A stretch of 64,000 bases of DNA. It comes from an uncultured Nitrospiraceae bacterium. Lineage in GTDB: Bacteria > Nitrospirota > Nitrospiria > Nitrospirales > Nitrospiraceae. Under the pieces are notes generated by a model. That model was not told the DNA's origin and did no database searches. It saw only the letters and a program-made list of their open reading frames with translations. Every line of letters starts with the position of its first letter. The first letter of the stretch is position 1. The translations under genes and the position numbers were made by a program. The stretch is from assembly GCA_963730935.1 (NCBI GenBank), contig CAVSTP010000002.1, positions 576,001-640,000 on the forward strand, read 5' to 3'. This document shows, in pieces, positions 26,026-35,960 of the stretch.

Positions 26026-26841
26026 ATGTCCAGCAAGGGACTGCCTGCTGCAATCCGTCAGATGCTCTCGCCGCTTGTCCGCATCCTACTTCGCAATGGG
26101 ATGGCGGCCAAGTCGTTCTATGAATTGGCGAAAGAAACCTACGTGGCGGCGGCGCGCGATGAATTCGGGATCGGCAAGAAGCAGGCTACGATATCGCGCA
26201 TTGCCATCCTCACTGGGCTGACACGCAAGGAAGTACAAGCGCTACTCGACACGCCTGCTCGGAGAGATGAAGGGTTTATAGACGAATACAATCGCGCGGC
26301 TCGTGTGATTACCGGATGGCTCCGTGATCCGGATTTTGGAGATGGGAAAGGTCATCCACTTCCGCTCCGCATGATTGGGAAGCGACAGTCCTTCGGCGCG
26401 CTGGTCAAACGCTACAGCGGGGACATCCCTGTCCGAGCCATGCTCGATGAACTCGTGCGCGTGGGAGCTGTGAAGCAGTTAAAGGACGGTCGAATCGGGC
26501 TAGCGGTGAGAGGGTATGTCCCGCAGAAGGGCTTGGATCAAAAGTTGGCCATTCTCGGACAGGACACGGCCGACCTCATCGCGACGATCGACCATAATGT
26601 GCACGGAAACCCGTCCTCTCCCAGAATGCAACGAAAGGTGATGTACGACAATGTCCCGTTGGAATCGGCTAAGGCATTCCAGGCAGTCGCTCAGGCGCGT
26701 GCCCAAGAAATGCTTGAGGCGCTGGATCGCTGGCTTTCCCATCGCGACCGGGATGTCAATCCGACGGTCAAGGGCAAGGGACGGCTTAGGGTGGGACTGG
26801 GTGTGTACCATTTCGAAGAACGGCTCGATCAGGACGAATAA
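26026..26841 (+). CDS. DUF6502 family protein
   Basis: LSPLVRILLRNG, ISRIAILTGLTRKEV, ARVITGW, F.ALV..YS.DIP.RAMLDELVR.G and IATIDHN motifs. Confidence 0.8.
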   Translation: MSSKGLPAAIRQMLSPLVRILLRNGMAAKSFYELAKETYVAAARDEFGIGKKQATISRIAILTGLTRKEVQALLDTPARRDEGFIDEYNRAARVITGWLRDPDFGDGKGHPLPLRMIGKRQSFGALVKRYSGDIPVRAMLDELVRVGAVKQLKDGRIGLAVRGYVPQKGLDQKLAILGQDTADLIATIDHNVHGNPSSPRMQRKVMYDNVPLESAKAFQAVAQARAQEMLEALDRWLSHRDRDVNPTVKGKGRLRVGLGVYHFEERLDQDE

Positions 26842-28301
26842 TGTATCTCCAGGGCGCCAAACGATTCCTGGCCTTGACCCTGCCTTGCTTGGCTTTTGTT
26901 TCGTGCGGCCCTAGCCCTCAGGCGGGTGGCGGTATTGGGGGAACCGGCTCCGTTTCAAGCGTCTCCTCGGGACCGGTGACCAAGCTGGGCAGCGTGTATG
27001 TCTCTGGGACGCAATACGACAATTCCAATGCCTTCTACTGTATCAACGACGAGCCCTGCACCACGGAGAACAGCCTGAAACCCGGTATGGTTGTAGAGGT
27101 CCAGGGAATGGCGCAATCGTCGGATCAGGGTGCAGTGACCCGCGTGGCCAACACAATTACCTTCCAAGACGCCGTGGAAGGGGTCGTACAATCTGTCGCC
27201 CAGGACGGGTCTAGCCTAATCGTGCTTGGGCAATTGGTCACACTGAACCCAAAAACGGTGATCGACGCCAGTATCCCCGGCTTATCTATTCGCAACCTCA
27301 CGCCAGAACTTGATGTAATCGAGGTCAGTGGACTGGTCGTGAGCGACGGCCATATTCTAGCTACCTTGATTATGAAGCGCACAGGCAAGCCGCAGTATGA
27401 AGTTCAGGGCGTCATCAAGAACCACGATGGGGCAGGTAGACGGTTCCAAATCGGACAACTGATGGTAGAGTACTCTTCTGCAGACGTCAGTGCCATCACA
27501 GCTGGCGGCGCCGCGAATTGGAACAACCAGGTCGTCCATGTACACGGAGACGCGTGGCAACCGGGCAGCGAAGCGCCTTATGGGGGCACGCTCCGGGCCA
27601 CGAAGGTTAAGCCACTGAGCCTCACGGTCGAAGACAGCGCCGAGGCAAAACTAGAAGGCTTCATCACCAACGTGACGCAGTTAGGCGCCTTCACAATCAA
27701 TAACCATCCAATCGAAGTATCATCCGCGACAGCGTTCGAAGGCGGCACGGCAAACGAGCTCGTCCTCGGCACGCATGTGTTCATCCATGGAGCGCTGGCA
27801 CGCGGAGTATTGGGTGCTCAACAAGTCATCTTCAAAGAAAACCTTCAAATGGAGTCGAATGTCGGATCGATCGACCTTCAATCCCTTACTCTGACCCTAA
27901 CCGGTCTGCCGGGCCTCTCGATTGAAGCTGATGCTCGAACCCAGATTGAAAACGGAGGCACCGTCATCCGCCTTGAGGAAATTCGGATTGGCGACCACCT
28001 CAAAATCCACGGGAAACTGCTCGATGGCAACCGCATAGTCGCGACCGAACTAGAGCGGACAGGCCCCTCTACCACCATCGTGCTAGAAGCGCCTTTGCAA
28101 TCGGCGATTGATCCCCGGATCCTGTTAGCTGGTGTGAATATCGAGACGTCAGGGATTCCAGAGAACGGATTTGTAGGGAATTACGGGCCAATTGGACGCA
28201 AGACATTCTTTGAGAAAGCCCTGACAGGGCGGCCAGTATGGGCCGAAGGAACTCTTACGGGTAGCAACGTGACCTGGAGCAGTGTCGGCATCCGTAGATA
28301 G
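26841..28301 (+). CDS. Lipoprotein with repeated DUF5666 domains
   Basis: Lipobox-like FVSC followed by GGGIGGTG, GPVTKLGSVYVSG, LKPGMVVEVQG and repeated EG.V/I..v modules; start overlaps the upstream stop (TAATG). Confidence 0.8.
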   Translation: MYLQGAKRFLALTLPCLAFVSCGPSPQAGGGIGGTGSVSSVSSGPVTKLGSVYVSGTQYDNSNAFYCINDEPCTTENSLKPGMVVEVQGMAQSSDQGAVTRVANTITFQDAVEGVVQSVAQDGSSLIVLGQLVTLNPKTVIDASIPGLSIRNLTPELDVIEVSGLVVSDGHILATLIMKRTGKPQYEVQGVIKNHDGAGRRFQIGQLMVEYSSADVSAITAGGAANWNNQVVHVHGDAWQPGSEAPYGGTLRATKVKPLSLTVEDSAEAKLEGFITNVTQLGAFTINNHPIEVSSATAFEGGTANELVLGTHVFIHGALARGVLGAQQVIFKENLQMESNVGSIDLQSLTLTLTGLPGLSIEADARTQIENGGTVIRLEEIRIGDHLKIHGKLLDGNRIVATELERTGPSTTIVLEAPLQSAIDPRILLAGVNIETSGIPENGFVGNYGPIGRKTFFEKALTGRPVWAEGTLTGSNVTWSSVGIRR

Positions 28302-28329
28302 CGAAGTGGACCGTTTATAAGCAGGGAGT

Positions 28330-28793
28330 ATGAATGTCCTGTAGGCAATCAGTTGCGCAGGCGGGTTAATGCTGGTCGCCTCATATGGTATGGCCCAAAC
28401 AGTGGGCACTCAGGTACAACGTGATCTCAATCAGCAAAATCGGATCGAAGAGGGTTGCAGTCGGGGCTATATACGCGAGGCAGCGGAGAAGCCGTAATAG
28501 AGAAAATGGAATCAAGAGCGCTCAAGGATGGAACACTTTCTTCACAAGAAGCTGCACGCATCCAACGGGCACAGAATCAGGAGTCCGGGACCATCAAAAT
28601 TCGAAACACAACGATGTGACGGGCAATCCTTCGTTGGCCTGATCTCAGCGCATGCAGGCCGATGTGCAACGAAACATCAATCAGCAGAATCGCGTCGAAC
28701 AGGGCGTTCAATCCGGACAGCTCACCAACAAGGAAGTTTCCAATCTGGAGCGGGGACAGTCTCGCGTAAACCGGGCAGAGGCTATCAAGAATT
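28330..28793 (+). pseudogene. Pseudogene of a secreted Q-rich repeat protein (QRDxNQQxRIEQGVQSGQLT type)
   Basis: RBS gggag then ATG 28330. Fragments across frames read AQTVGTQVQRDLNQQNRIEEG, KHNDVTGNP and SQRMQADVQRNINQQNRVEQGVQSGQLTNKEVSNLERGQSRVNRAEA, with internal stops and frameshifts. Confidence 0.65.
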
Positions 28794-28977
28794 AGCCAGT
28801 ATCAGGCCTAATCAATTTACACGAAGGTTAAAAGATGTCTCCATAGAACTTAAGAGGGGCAAACTACACCTTCTGACAATCAAGCGGATCAAGCCCTTCA
28901 GGATGCGGACAATCGATAAACAGGCGCAACTCCCTGGCATCAAAGGTAAATGCCACGTTAAACGGGAACCTCTTACA

Positions 28978-29751
28978 CTAGTCGCCTGGCAATGACCGTG
29001 TAAAACGGTCCCGCCATTCGAGGGATTTTCCGAAAGCAGTCTTTCCATATTGCTCTGCTTCTGATTGTAAAACATCCTCCGTTGCTGGGAGATGTTCAAA
29101 GAACTCGTACCTGCAGAGAAGCGGGAGGAACGTTTCACGATCAAAGCGGCTTAATCCGCTGTAAAAGAGCATGAACAATTCGTTACTTGAGAGTTGTGCT
29201 CGGACAATATTTGTATAAAATTTTCTCTTTTCTATTTTGGCTTCATCAACGTATTTAATGATTTCATATAAATTTCTAAAATAACGGTCTAACTCATGGG
29301 GCCCATACTTCAAAGAAAACATTTCGTACCTTTCGGACGGAGAATGTCCCCAGTTCTCGCTCATTAGTGCAACTCTTACGAAGTCTTTCCGCATTGCCTC
29401 GATGCAGTCCTTCCCAGTCTGCTCGTGACCTCCTCCATGTTCGCTCTTGTAATGCAATCCTCGAACTATCTCGTTGCTTAGATGCAGCAATCGAAAAAAA
29501 GTGCTTTCAAAACGTTCTCTATAACCCTCCGCCTTTTGTTCGGAGAGGTCGGACTTGATCTGGACCAATCCTCGGGCATGAACAAATAGGGAAATTACGA
29601 TACCAGCAAACGCCATGCCTATGAACAGCGTGTTCAACCCAGTTCGGTCTCCGAGAAAAATGGGAAGAAGGAAATGTGGATAGGCGAGCCAAGCCATGCC
29701 TACAAGTACAAAGGGAACGGTGTAGAGCCAACTAAACCTTTTATTATTCAT
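28978..29751 (-). CDS. Putative phage abortive-infection protein (putAbiC-like) with two N-terminal TM helices
   Basis: FESTFFRLL, YFRNLYEIIKYVD and KFYTNIVRAQLSSNELFMLFY motifs; visibly more AT-rich than its neighbours. Confidence 0.8.
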   Translation of the reverse strand: MNNKRFSWLYTVPFVLVGMAWLAYPHFLLPIFLGDRTGLNTLFIGMAFAGIVISLFVHARGLVQIKSDLSEQKAEGYRERFESTFFRLLHLSNEIVRGLHYKSEHGGGHEQTGKDCIEAMRKDFVRVALMSENWGHSPSERYEMFSLKYGPHELDRYFRNLYEIIKYVDEAKIEKRKFYTNIVRAQLSSNELFMLFYSGLSRFDRETFLPLLCRYEFFEHLPATEDVLQSEAEQYGKTAFGKSLEWRDRFTRSLPGD

Positions 29752-30828
29752 TTAGTGCAAAGAAGCCCTCTGGTGGACAGGTGAGGCATTGTAAGAGGCT
29801 CATTAACTAGTGCGCAAGGGGTAGGTAACGTATTAGGGGGAGTCGCTGAACAACTTGATAGGAGCGGCGATTCCTCCTTTCCCCTTACCGGACGCTGAAA
29901 GAACTATTTGCTTCTCTTTTGCCTGTCTTTGTCTCTCTCCACCCTCATTAGGCTGTTAAAGTAACACCCTAATAACACTGGCGGAAGACCCCCGGGCTTT
30001 TCGGGCGGGAGCCTAATCAGGACTCCAACGTCTCGCCGAAAATGGGAACAAGGCCTTATCTGTGAAGCGCCGACAGCCGAACAGCGTACGGCACAGCATG
30101 CCCGGGGAGTTGGTTCAACAATGCGCGTTCGGCAGTCGCGTCGACAGCTTGATCGAAGCGTGGGACGACCGACAGAAACGGACATGAGCCCTATTGGAGC
30201 GCACGGTGCGGTTATCTCCGTGGACTCGGCTAGGGGAGAAGGCTACCAATAAGGCTTTATGGATAAATGCGAACCGCTGATCCCATCTTCACTGCGTATG
30301 CCCGGCCTTTACAATCTATGCAGACATAACGCAGCACCAAATCTCATTCTTCAGGGGAATCGCACGGTCGGGCAAGAGGATACCTTCACACTCACAGCAC
30401 TGCAGAGGATCACTTTTTGGGGTTTCCATGTTATTGCTCTTCAATCGCCCTGGGCATGTTCGAGCTGCAGGCTTAGGTAACCATGCCCTAGCCTGACACC
30501 CGGGACGCTCTCCGTCAGGCTCACTTCGCGTTCACTCTTCCAGGTGTTCCCCCGGGGGGCCTTCAGCGCCGGCATATCGTTAGCATAGGTCTTCCAGAGC
30601 AGTAACGAGTCCCTTTCCCTGCGGACTGTTGGGCGAGCTATCGCAAGGAGGCGGCGGGGGACGGAAGCTGGAGCCGTTTGCTCACGTGGTTCAAGGAACA
30701 TGGGGTTGCCTGATCCCGCTGCCTACTAGCCCGCCTCTATGCCCACAATGCCGTTCAAACCTGTGCCGCTCCGTTGGTCTCTGCCTGCAGTGTCTCCATC
30801 CTGGGCCGCATGGACGCGGAGTTAGGAG

Positions 30829-30844
30829 TGGCACTGCTTTTGCG
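30829..30844 (+). promoter_or_regulatory. sigma54 (-24/-12) promoter
   Basis: TGGCAC-TGCTT-TTGCG, exact GG-N10-GC consensus, ~90 bp upstream of ATG 30932. Confidence 0.7.
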
Positions 30845-30931
30845 AAGACCGATATGGATCTCGTTGGCAACGAATCCACACTAAGTAACTGCGCGTAGTA
30901 TTGGCTGAACGGGCCGCATTAGGGGGTGTCC

Positions 30932-32212
30932 ATGAGAAAGGTAGTGATCGGACTCGCAGTGTCCTGGCTCACGGTAGGGTTATTCGTTTCAGTCGGTCTG
31001 GCCACCGATTTCTTTATGTCCACCACGGGCAGCGATGCGAATAGTTGTACCGCCGCCCAGAATCCCGCGACTCCCAAGGCCACGTTTGCCTCAGCCATCC
31101 CATGTGTCACCGCTGGCAATCGGCTCTATGTGCGAGGGGGCACCTATAAGCAGTCCATCAATAGCAATTACATTGCCATTGCCTCCGGGACATCATGGAC
31201 TAATGCGGTGACCATTGCGGGCTATCCGGGAGAAACCGTCGAACTGAATCCTGATGTCGTGGAGATTATCAACATCCCAGGCCCCAGCACGCGGCAGTTT
31301 ATCAGCATCGAGCGTCTGGTGCTGAATGGCACCAACAGCAATGGGGCTCGCAGGGTCGATCAAGCCATTTCCGTGGGGGCCAATAGCTCACATGACATTC
31401 GCTTTGTGGATGTGGAAGTCAAAAACACGGGCCATCATGGAATCTTTTTTCACTGGCCAGGCCATCACTTCTCCTTCATTCGCGGCTACATTCACGATAT
31501 TGGGAATATCACGAACTTTCCTAGCCCAGCCAATTATCACTATGGCTGCTACTGCGAAGCGTCATACAATCTCATTGACGGCGCGCTGATTGAAAACACC
31601 TTGGAGTACGGCATCCATAATTCCAACTCTAACGGCGGCGGGGCCAATACCAATGGCAGCATCTACCGCCATAACATTCTGCGTAACAATAATCTGGCGG
31701 CAAGCGGCGGATTCTCGTCCGCCGTCATCACCTCATGCAGCTCCGGGTGCAAGTTCTATAACAATATTGTGTATGGCGCCGTGGGACATGGCGTGCAAGT
31801 TGCCGCCGGATGCACTGGATGCGAGATTTCACACAATACCATCCATGGTGGGCCGCAAGATGGCATCAGGATTGAAGCTAACGCGACGAATAATGTCATC
31901 AGAAACAATATCAGTTATGGCAATGTGACGAATATCAATGATAGCGGGAACGGCACCACGCTCTCCACGAATCTGTGCAACAGCGGCTGCACGATTAATA
32001 GCAATCCGCTGTTTATGAATGCCGCCGCTGGAAACTTCCAACTCCAACCTGGCAGTCCAGCCATCGACGCGGGCACGACGATTAGTGCCATCACTGACGA
32101 CATCAGACTCGTGGCTCGCCCGCAAGGGGCTGCCTATGACATCGGCCCATACGAAGGGACCTCTACCAACGCGACTTCGCTCACAGCACCCGTCAATCTT
32201 CGAGTCCGCTGA
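30932..32212 (+). CDS. Secreted right-handed parallel beta-helix protein with a choice-of-anchor-Q-like C-terminus
   Basis: Signal peptide; FFMSTTGSDANS, GNRLYVRGGTY, TIAGYPGETV and Asn-ladder repeats; C-terminal NPLF...NFQLQPGSPAIDAG...RPQGAAYDIGPYE. Confidence 0.85.
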   Translation: MRKVVIGLAVSWLTVGLFVSVGLATDFFMSTTGSDANSCTAAQNPATPKATFASAIPCVTAGNRLYVRGGTYKQSINSNYIAIASGTSWTNAVTIAGYPGETVELNPDVVEIINIPGPSTRQFISIERLVLNGTNSNGARRVDQAISVGANSSHDIRFVDVEVKNTGHHGIFFHWPGHHFSFIRGYIHDIGNITNFPSPANYHYGCYCEASYNLIDGALIENTLEYGIHNSNSNGGGANTNGSIYRHNILRNNNLAASGGFSSAVITSCSSGCKFYNNIVYGAVGHGVQVAAGCTGCEISHNTIHGGPQDGIRIEANATNNVIRNNISYGNVTNINDSGNGTTLSTNLCNSGCTINSNPLFMNAAAGNFQLQPGSPAIDAGTTISAITDDIRLVARPQGAAYDIGPYEGTSTNATSLTAPVNLRVR

Positions 32213-32491
32213 TGCGGACTGTCCAGGGACCGCTACGCCAGTAGCCTTTGCAGTGCGGACAGTGGTGGCCAAATCTTCCCTCGCTATTGGAGACAATGTA
32301 CACCTCCAGGCAACCTGGAGTGAGTGGAGTAAAGAAATGGCCATGTGTAATTTGATGTTCAGGCAGGCGGAGTGCCTCTTTGAGAACTCCTATGCCAAGC
32401 CTGATTCGGCCAGGACGTTAGGATGTCCTCTGATGCTGGCCGATCCTAGGGAGTTTCTGCGGTTGGAAATTCGCAGTGGCGTGAAAGGTAT

Positions 32492-32815
32492 CTAGCAGTC
32501 ATCAGTCTTATAGGACTGAATGGCTTTATCAGCTGAAGAGGTAATGACAACAGTGCACTCGTGCGGAATTGAGTATGCATTCCCATCTGTCAGAAACTGC
32601 TCATCAGACCAAGGAAGGTTCCATGTGTAGACTATTTGGCCATCGTTCAAAGTCTCTGTCGTGCTCGGGGCGCCCCACTCCATTATTCGTTCATCAATTG
32701 AAGCATGTCGTTGAACCGCATCATCAAGTTTCGCGCTTAACGTAAAATTCAAATTCCCGTGACCGCAGCCAAACTGAAAACAGGCGAGCGTTGCAATTAC
32801 AAAGAGTGTGCGCAT
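32492..32815 (-). CDS. Small putative lipoprotein
   Basis: MRTLFVIATLACFQFGC lipoprotein-like signal; EWGAPS...DGQIVYTW motif. Confidence 0.55.
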   Translation of the reverse strand: MRTLFVIATLACFQFGCGHGNLNFTLSAKLDDAVQRHASIDERIMEWGAPSTTETLNDGQIVYTWNLPWSDEQFLTDGNAYSIPHECTVVITSSADKAIQSYKTDDC

Positions 32816-32896
32816 CTGCGTTGAAAGTGTACGGCACAATTGAGGGATGCGCAAATGCCGCTAATGGATATTACGTAGGATCGGGAGACTAGCCGG

Positions 32897-33532
32897 TCAT
32901 TTAGAATCACTCGTGGTCTGCTCACAACTAACACCCTTCGGTGCTCTCACCCACTCAGGTAGAACTCTCGGCGTCCCATAAGCGTCATCAATTTGATCTT
33001 GGGTGAGGAAGGCGGTGTTTTTGAAATTCGCGCCATTAATGTCTGCGCTCTCCAGGTGAACGCCCAAAAACATGGCCTCTTCAAAGTTTGCATTCACCAA
33101 CTTTGCGCGACTCAAATTTGCGCCCACTAACATCGCACCTGTTAAATCTGCACCCTCCAGATCAGCCTCACGTAAGTCAGTTCCAGCTAACATCGCCGAG
33201 CGAAGATTTGCGCCTTTAAGATTCGTCTTTTTAAGCCGCTTGCCAGCGAGCATTTGTCCGGAGGTGACCAGAGGGGTTTGGATCGGTTGTTCCACATACA
33301 CTTCTACAATGTAGGGCTCTTGAGAGCCCTCATGCAAGCAACCGAGGGGCGCGGAGAGCACCATTATCAGGGCGCATGGAGCAAAACCTTTACTGAACAT
33401 GGTCAACTGCGTCGATGCGGACACCGACTCATTCTGATGCTGAAGCATCTCCACAACTCCTGCGTCCATACACACTGGCCCATCAGTGGCTGACGGATAC
33501 CAAGCATAAATCCTTGGCACCACGGGTGACAA
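32897..33532 (-). CDS. Pentapeptide-repeat lipoprotein (paralog 1); true start probably downstream of 33532
   Basis: LGC lipobox; A(N/D)L repeats (GANLRSAML, ADLEGADLTGAML). Confidence 0.85.
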   Translation of the reverse strand: MSPVVPRIYAWYPSATDGPVCMDAGVVEMLQHQNESVSASTQLTMFSKGFAPCALIMVLSAPLGCLHEGSQEPYIVEVYVEQPIQTPLVTSGQMLAGKRLKKTNLKGANLRSAMLAGTDLREADLEGADLTGAMLVGANLSRAKLVNANFEEAMFLGVHLESADINGANFKNTAFLTQDQIDDAYGTPRVLPEWVRAPKGVSCEQTTSDSK

Positions 33533-33666
33533 GACACTATCACCTACAAATTATTCCGTCAGCCTCGGCTATGTTCATTGGCTCAGCGTATACATATTCG
33601 GCAATATCTTCATTTGGAGGAGCCCAAACTTATGGATTGGAACAGCTGACGGGACATTTATTCACT

Positions 33667-34144
33667 TCAAAAGGCTCTCCACCTTGAAGAGCCTGTACTT
33701 TCAGTTCTTCGCCGTTCGTGTGGATCAAAATATGGTCTCCATCTGCAGCATCGGCCTCGGCTAGGCCATCTTCCTCGTAATTTTCTCCGTGGAGATACAA
33801 CCTGACGAGTTAAGTAAACGGGCACCGCGAGGGCCTGCTTCGCAGCCTCTTCAAACCACCTCTTTGCCTGCCCATAGCTCTGCTTCTGGGGTACCCCCAT
33901 GCCTACTTTGAACAGCAGACCGAGTCTGTCTTGAGCCGACACGTCTCCTTCTTCCGCTAACTTACGGAGTTTTTTCGCAGTTGCCTCGTATTCGGCTCGA
34001 TTTTTCTCTGATGTGTCCACAGCAGGCTTGATGTAGGCACAAGCAGAACTTGTGAGGCACACTATCGATAGGACTAGAAGGATAGCTACGGGCGGACGCC
34101 GTTTTCCAAAATTGCCTTAGACGAGTGAAGGACGTGGAACTCAA
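33667..34144 (-). pseudogene. Frameshifted, truncated Sel1-repeat lipoprotein
   Basis: RBS aaggag before TTG 34144. In a shifted frame: VAILLVLSIVCLTSSAC, then LAEEGDVSAQDRLGLLFKVGMGVPQ..YGQAKRWFEEAAKQ (one Sel1 repeat); similarity is then lost. Confidence 0.65.
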
Positions 34145-34395
34145 AATCGCTCTCCTTGGAAAACTTCTCTACATCGACAGGTGTGCCAGCAATAGATGAG
34201 TGATGGGCTGCCGCGTCGATTTCGGTTCTTCCTCGGGAAAGTGACTGAAGGTTTCATTAACTAGAGTTTCTGCTAGTCTTCCACAGATTCACGCCTTCGT
34301 AGTCTATCTCCTGCATTGGAAAACTTAGTAGAGTGATAGAGAATGAACCGCCTTTGGCTTGACTATTCACAGATTCTCCCGTACGGGAGGTACTG

Positions 34396-35469
34396 ATGTT
34401 ACACGAGTTAGGGTCAGGTTCACGCGCTGGGCTAACCGGTGCAGCCCTCCTAGTGATCATAGCCAGTTGCCAAAGCTACAACGCACACCTCGTCGCAGAA
34501 ACTGACGGCTCCTATGTCAGACTCCCAGACAGTTCGACGAAAGCCGTGGTGTGGGGGACTTATCCGGAAGCCGTTAAGAGCCTCAAGACTTGGCTGCTAA
34601 AGCAACGCATCATTCTGGTCGACGATGTTAAGCTCAATCAGATCGCAAACGAGAAGGCCTTGTCCCTCCCCCTCGCGAACCCCGACGTCCTCAAGCTGGC
34701 AAAATCTACCGGAATCAAGCAAGTTATTTTCATCGATGCCGATGTATTCGTTTCGCAGAGTAGCGAAATTGCAACGGTGTTCGGGCAACCCGCGAGTGTC
34801 TATATGGCTTCCCTGTTCATCCGTGCAGTGGATGCGGAAAGTGGTGAAATTGATTGGAGTGGAAAAGCCCGGTCGACAGAAGCGTTCACCAACTCGTCGG
34901 AAGGCATCCACCAGCTAACGTGCCATGCCTTGGCCACGGCCTGGGGTTTACGACCACCAGGAGCGGGGACAGCTCCCTCTATCTGTCTGCCAGGACAGAA
35001 CGTCATGGTGGCCACTGAACCGCCGAGTGCTCGCTATATCCTCGCCACCGCCAAAGCGTTTCGGACCGTCTATGCTAAGCAGGTCATCGCACAGGCGGCC
35101 AGATCTAATGTCAAACCGGATGAGAACTGGACGCAGAATGATCACGGGATCATGCTTCCGGCCCAATTTCTCAAGGCGGCCGGTAGGGAATTGGACGATT
35201 TTGAATTGAGCCTCATCGGACTTACACCGATCTACAAGGAGAACCTCCCGAAGACTAAAGCGGAGGAGGAGGCGCTGAAAAAACTCATGGCCAATCCGGC
35301 CACGGGAGTGCTCACCTTTGAAGATGGTAACCAATTCAAAGGGCTTGCCGTCGACCTTGCCATCGCGGATTCCTGCGTCGCCTGTCACAACACTCATCCC
35401 ACCAGTCCAAAGAGGGATTATAGGAAGGGTGACGTTATGGGTGCTCTTGTCGTGCGTTTCAACAAATAG
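34396..35469 (+). CDS. Lipoprotein with a C-terminal DUF3365/Tll0287-like c-type haem domain
   Basis: Lipobox IIASC; C-terminal FRTVY, LPAQF, IYKENLP, single CVACH haem motif and GDVMGALVV. Confidence 0.8.
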   Translation: MLHELGSGSRAGLTGAALLVIIASCQSYNAHLVAETDGSYVRLPDSSTKAVVWGTYPEAVKSLKTWLLKQRIILVDDVKLNQIANEKALSLPLANPDVLKLAKSTGIKQVIFIDADVFVSQSSEIATVFGQPASVYMASLFIRAVDAESGEIDWSGKARSTEAFTNSSEGIHQLTCHALATAWGLRPPGAGTAPSICLPGQNVMVATEPPSARYILATAKAFRTVYAKQVIAQAARSNVKPDENWTQNDHGIMLPAQFLKAAGRELDDFELSLIGLTPIYKENLPKTKAEEEALKKLMANPATGVLTFEDGNQFKGLAVDLAIADSCVACHNTHPTSPKRDYRKGDVMGALVVRFNK

Positions 35470-35799
35470 AAATGGCCATAACTGCTGGCGGAAGGCCCCC
35501 CGGCGACGTTTAGGCAGGGAGGCCTGGCCTCATGAAGTCCTCTTGGCCTAGCCCACTTTCCCTCACGTTAATCACCAAAATCGAAACTGTCGAAAGGGAA
35601 TCGAACGACGCACAAATAATCGCATTCAACATCGAGAGCAGCGCCATGGATACCACCCGAACCATTTCAGATGCTCCCACAGGCCGCGTCGATGCGATTG
35701 CCTCCAAACATGACGACATGCACGTACCCCTGCCTGCAGGCGAGACGCTGTAACTGCCCCCCTTGAAAATTCAGCGATCATCGGTTGGTAATTGGAAGA

Positions 35800-35960
35800 T
35801 TATCTAAAGAGGCGTGTTCCGATTGACCTGTGACGCCACAATGCGAAGCCCAAAAGACCTGCGCTAACAAGAGCAGGCTTTCTGGTTCTGGAACACTTCG
35901 TGGTGCATCCAAGACACCTTGAGAAAAATCTACTCCAGTGAAGTTTCTGCCTAGATCCAA
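35800..35960 (-). pseudogene. Relic of a PEP-CTERM protein C-terminus
   Basis: VPEPESLLLL (V codon at 35894) continues after a 1-nt frameshift as AGLLGFALWRHRS, giving PEP motif + TM helix + basic tail. Confidence 0.75.

Noticed and set aside
29760..30830. Short ORFs (29904, 30259, 30441, 30629, 30691)
   Set aside because: No recognisable motifs or convincing RBS; treated as non-coding or decayed DNA.
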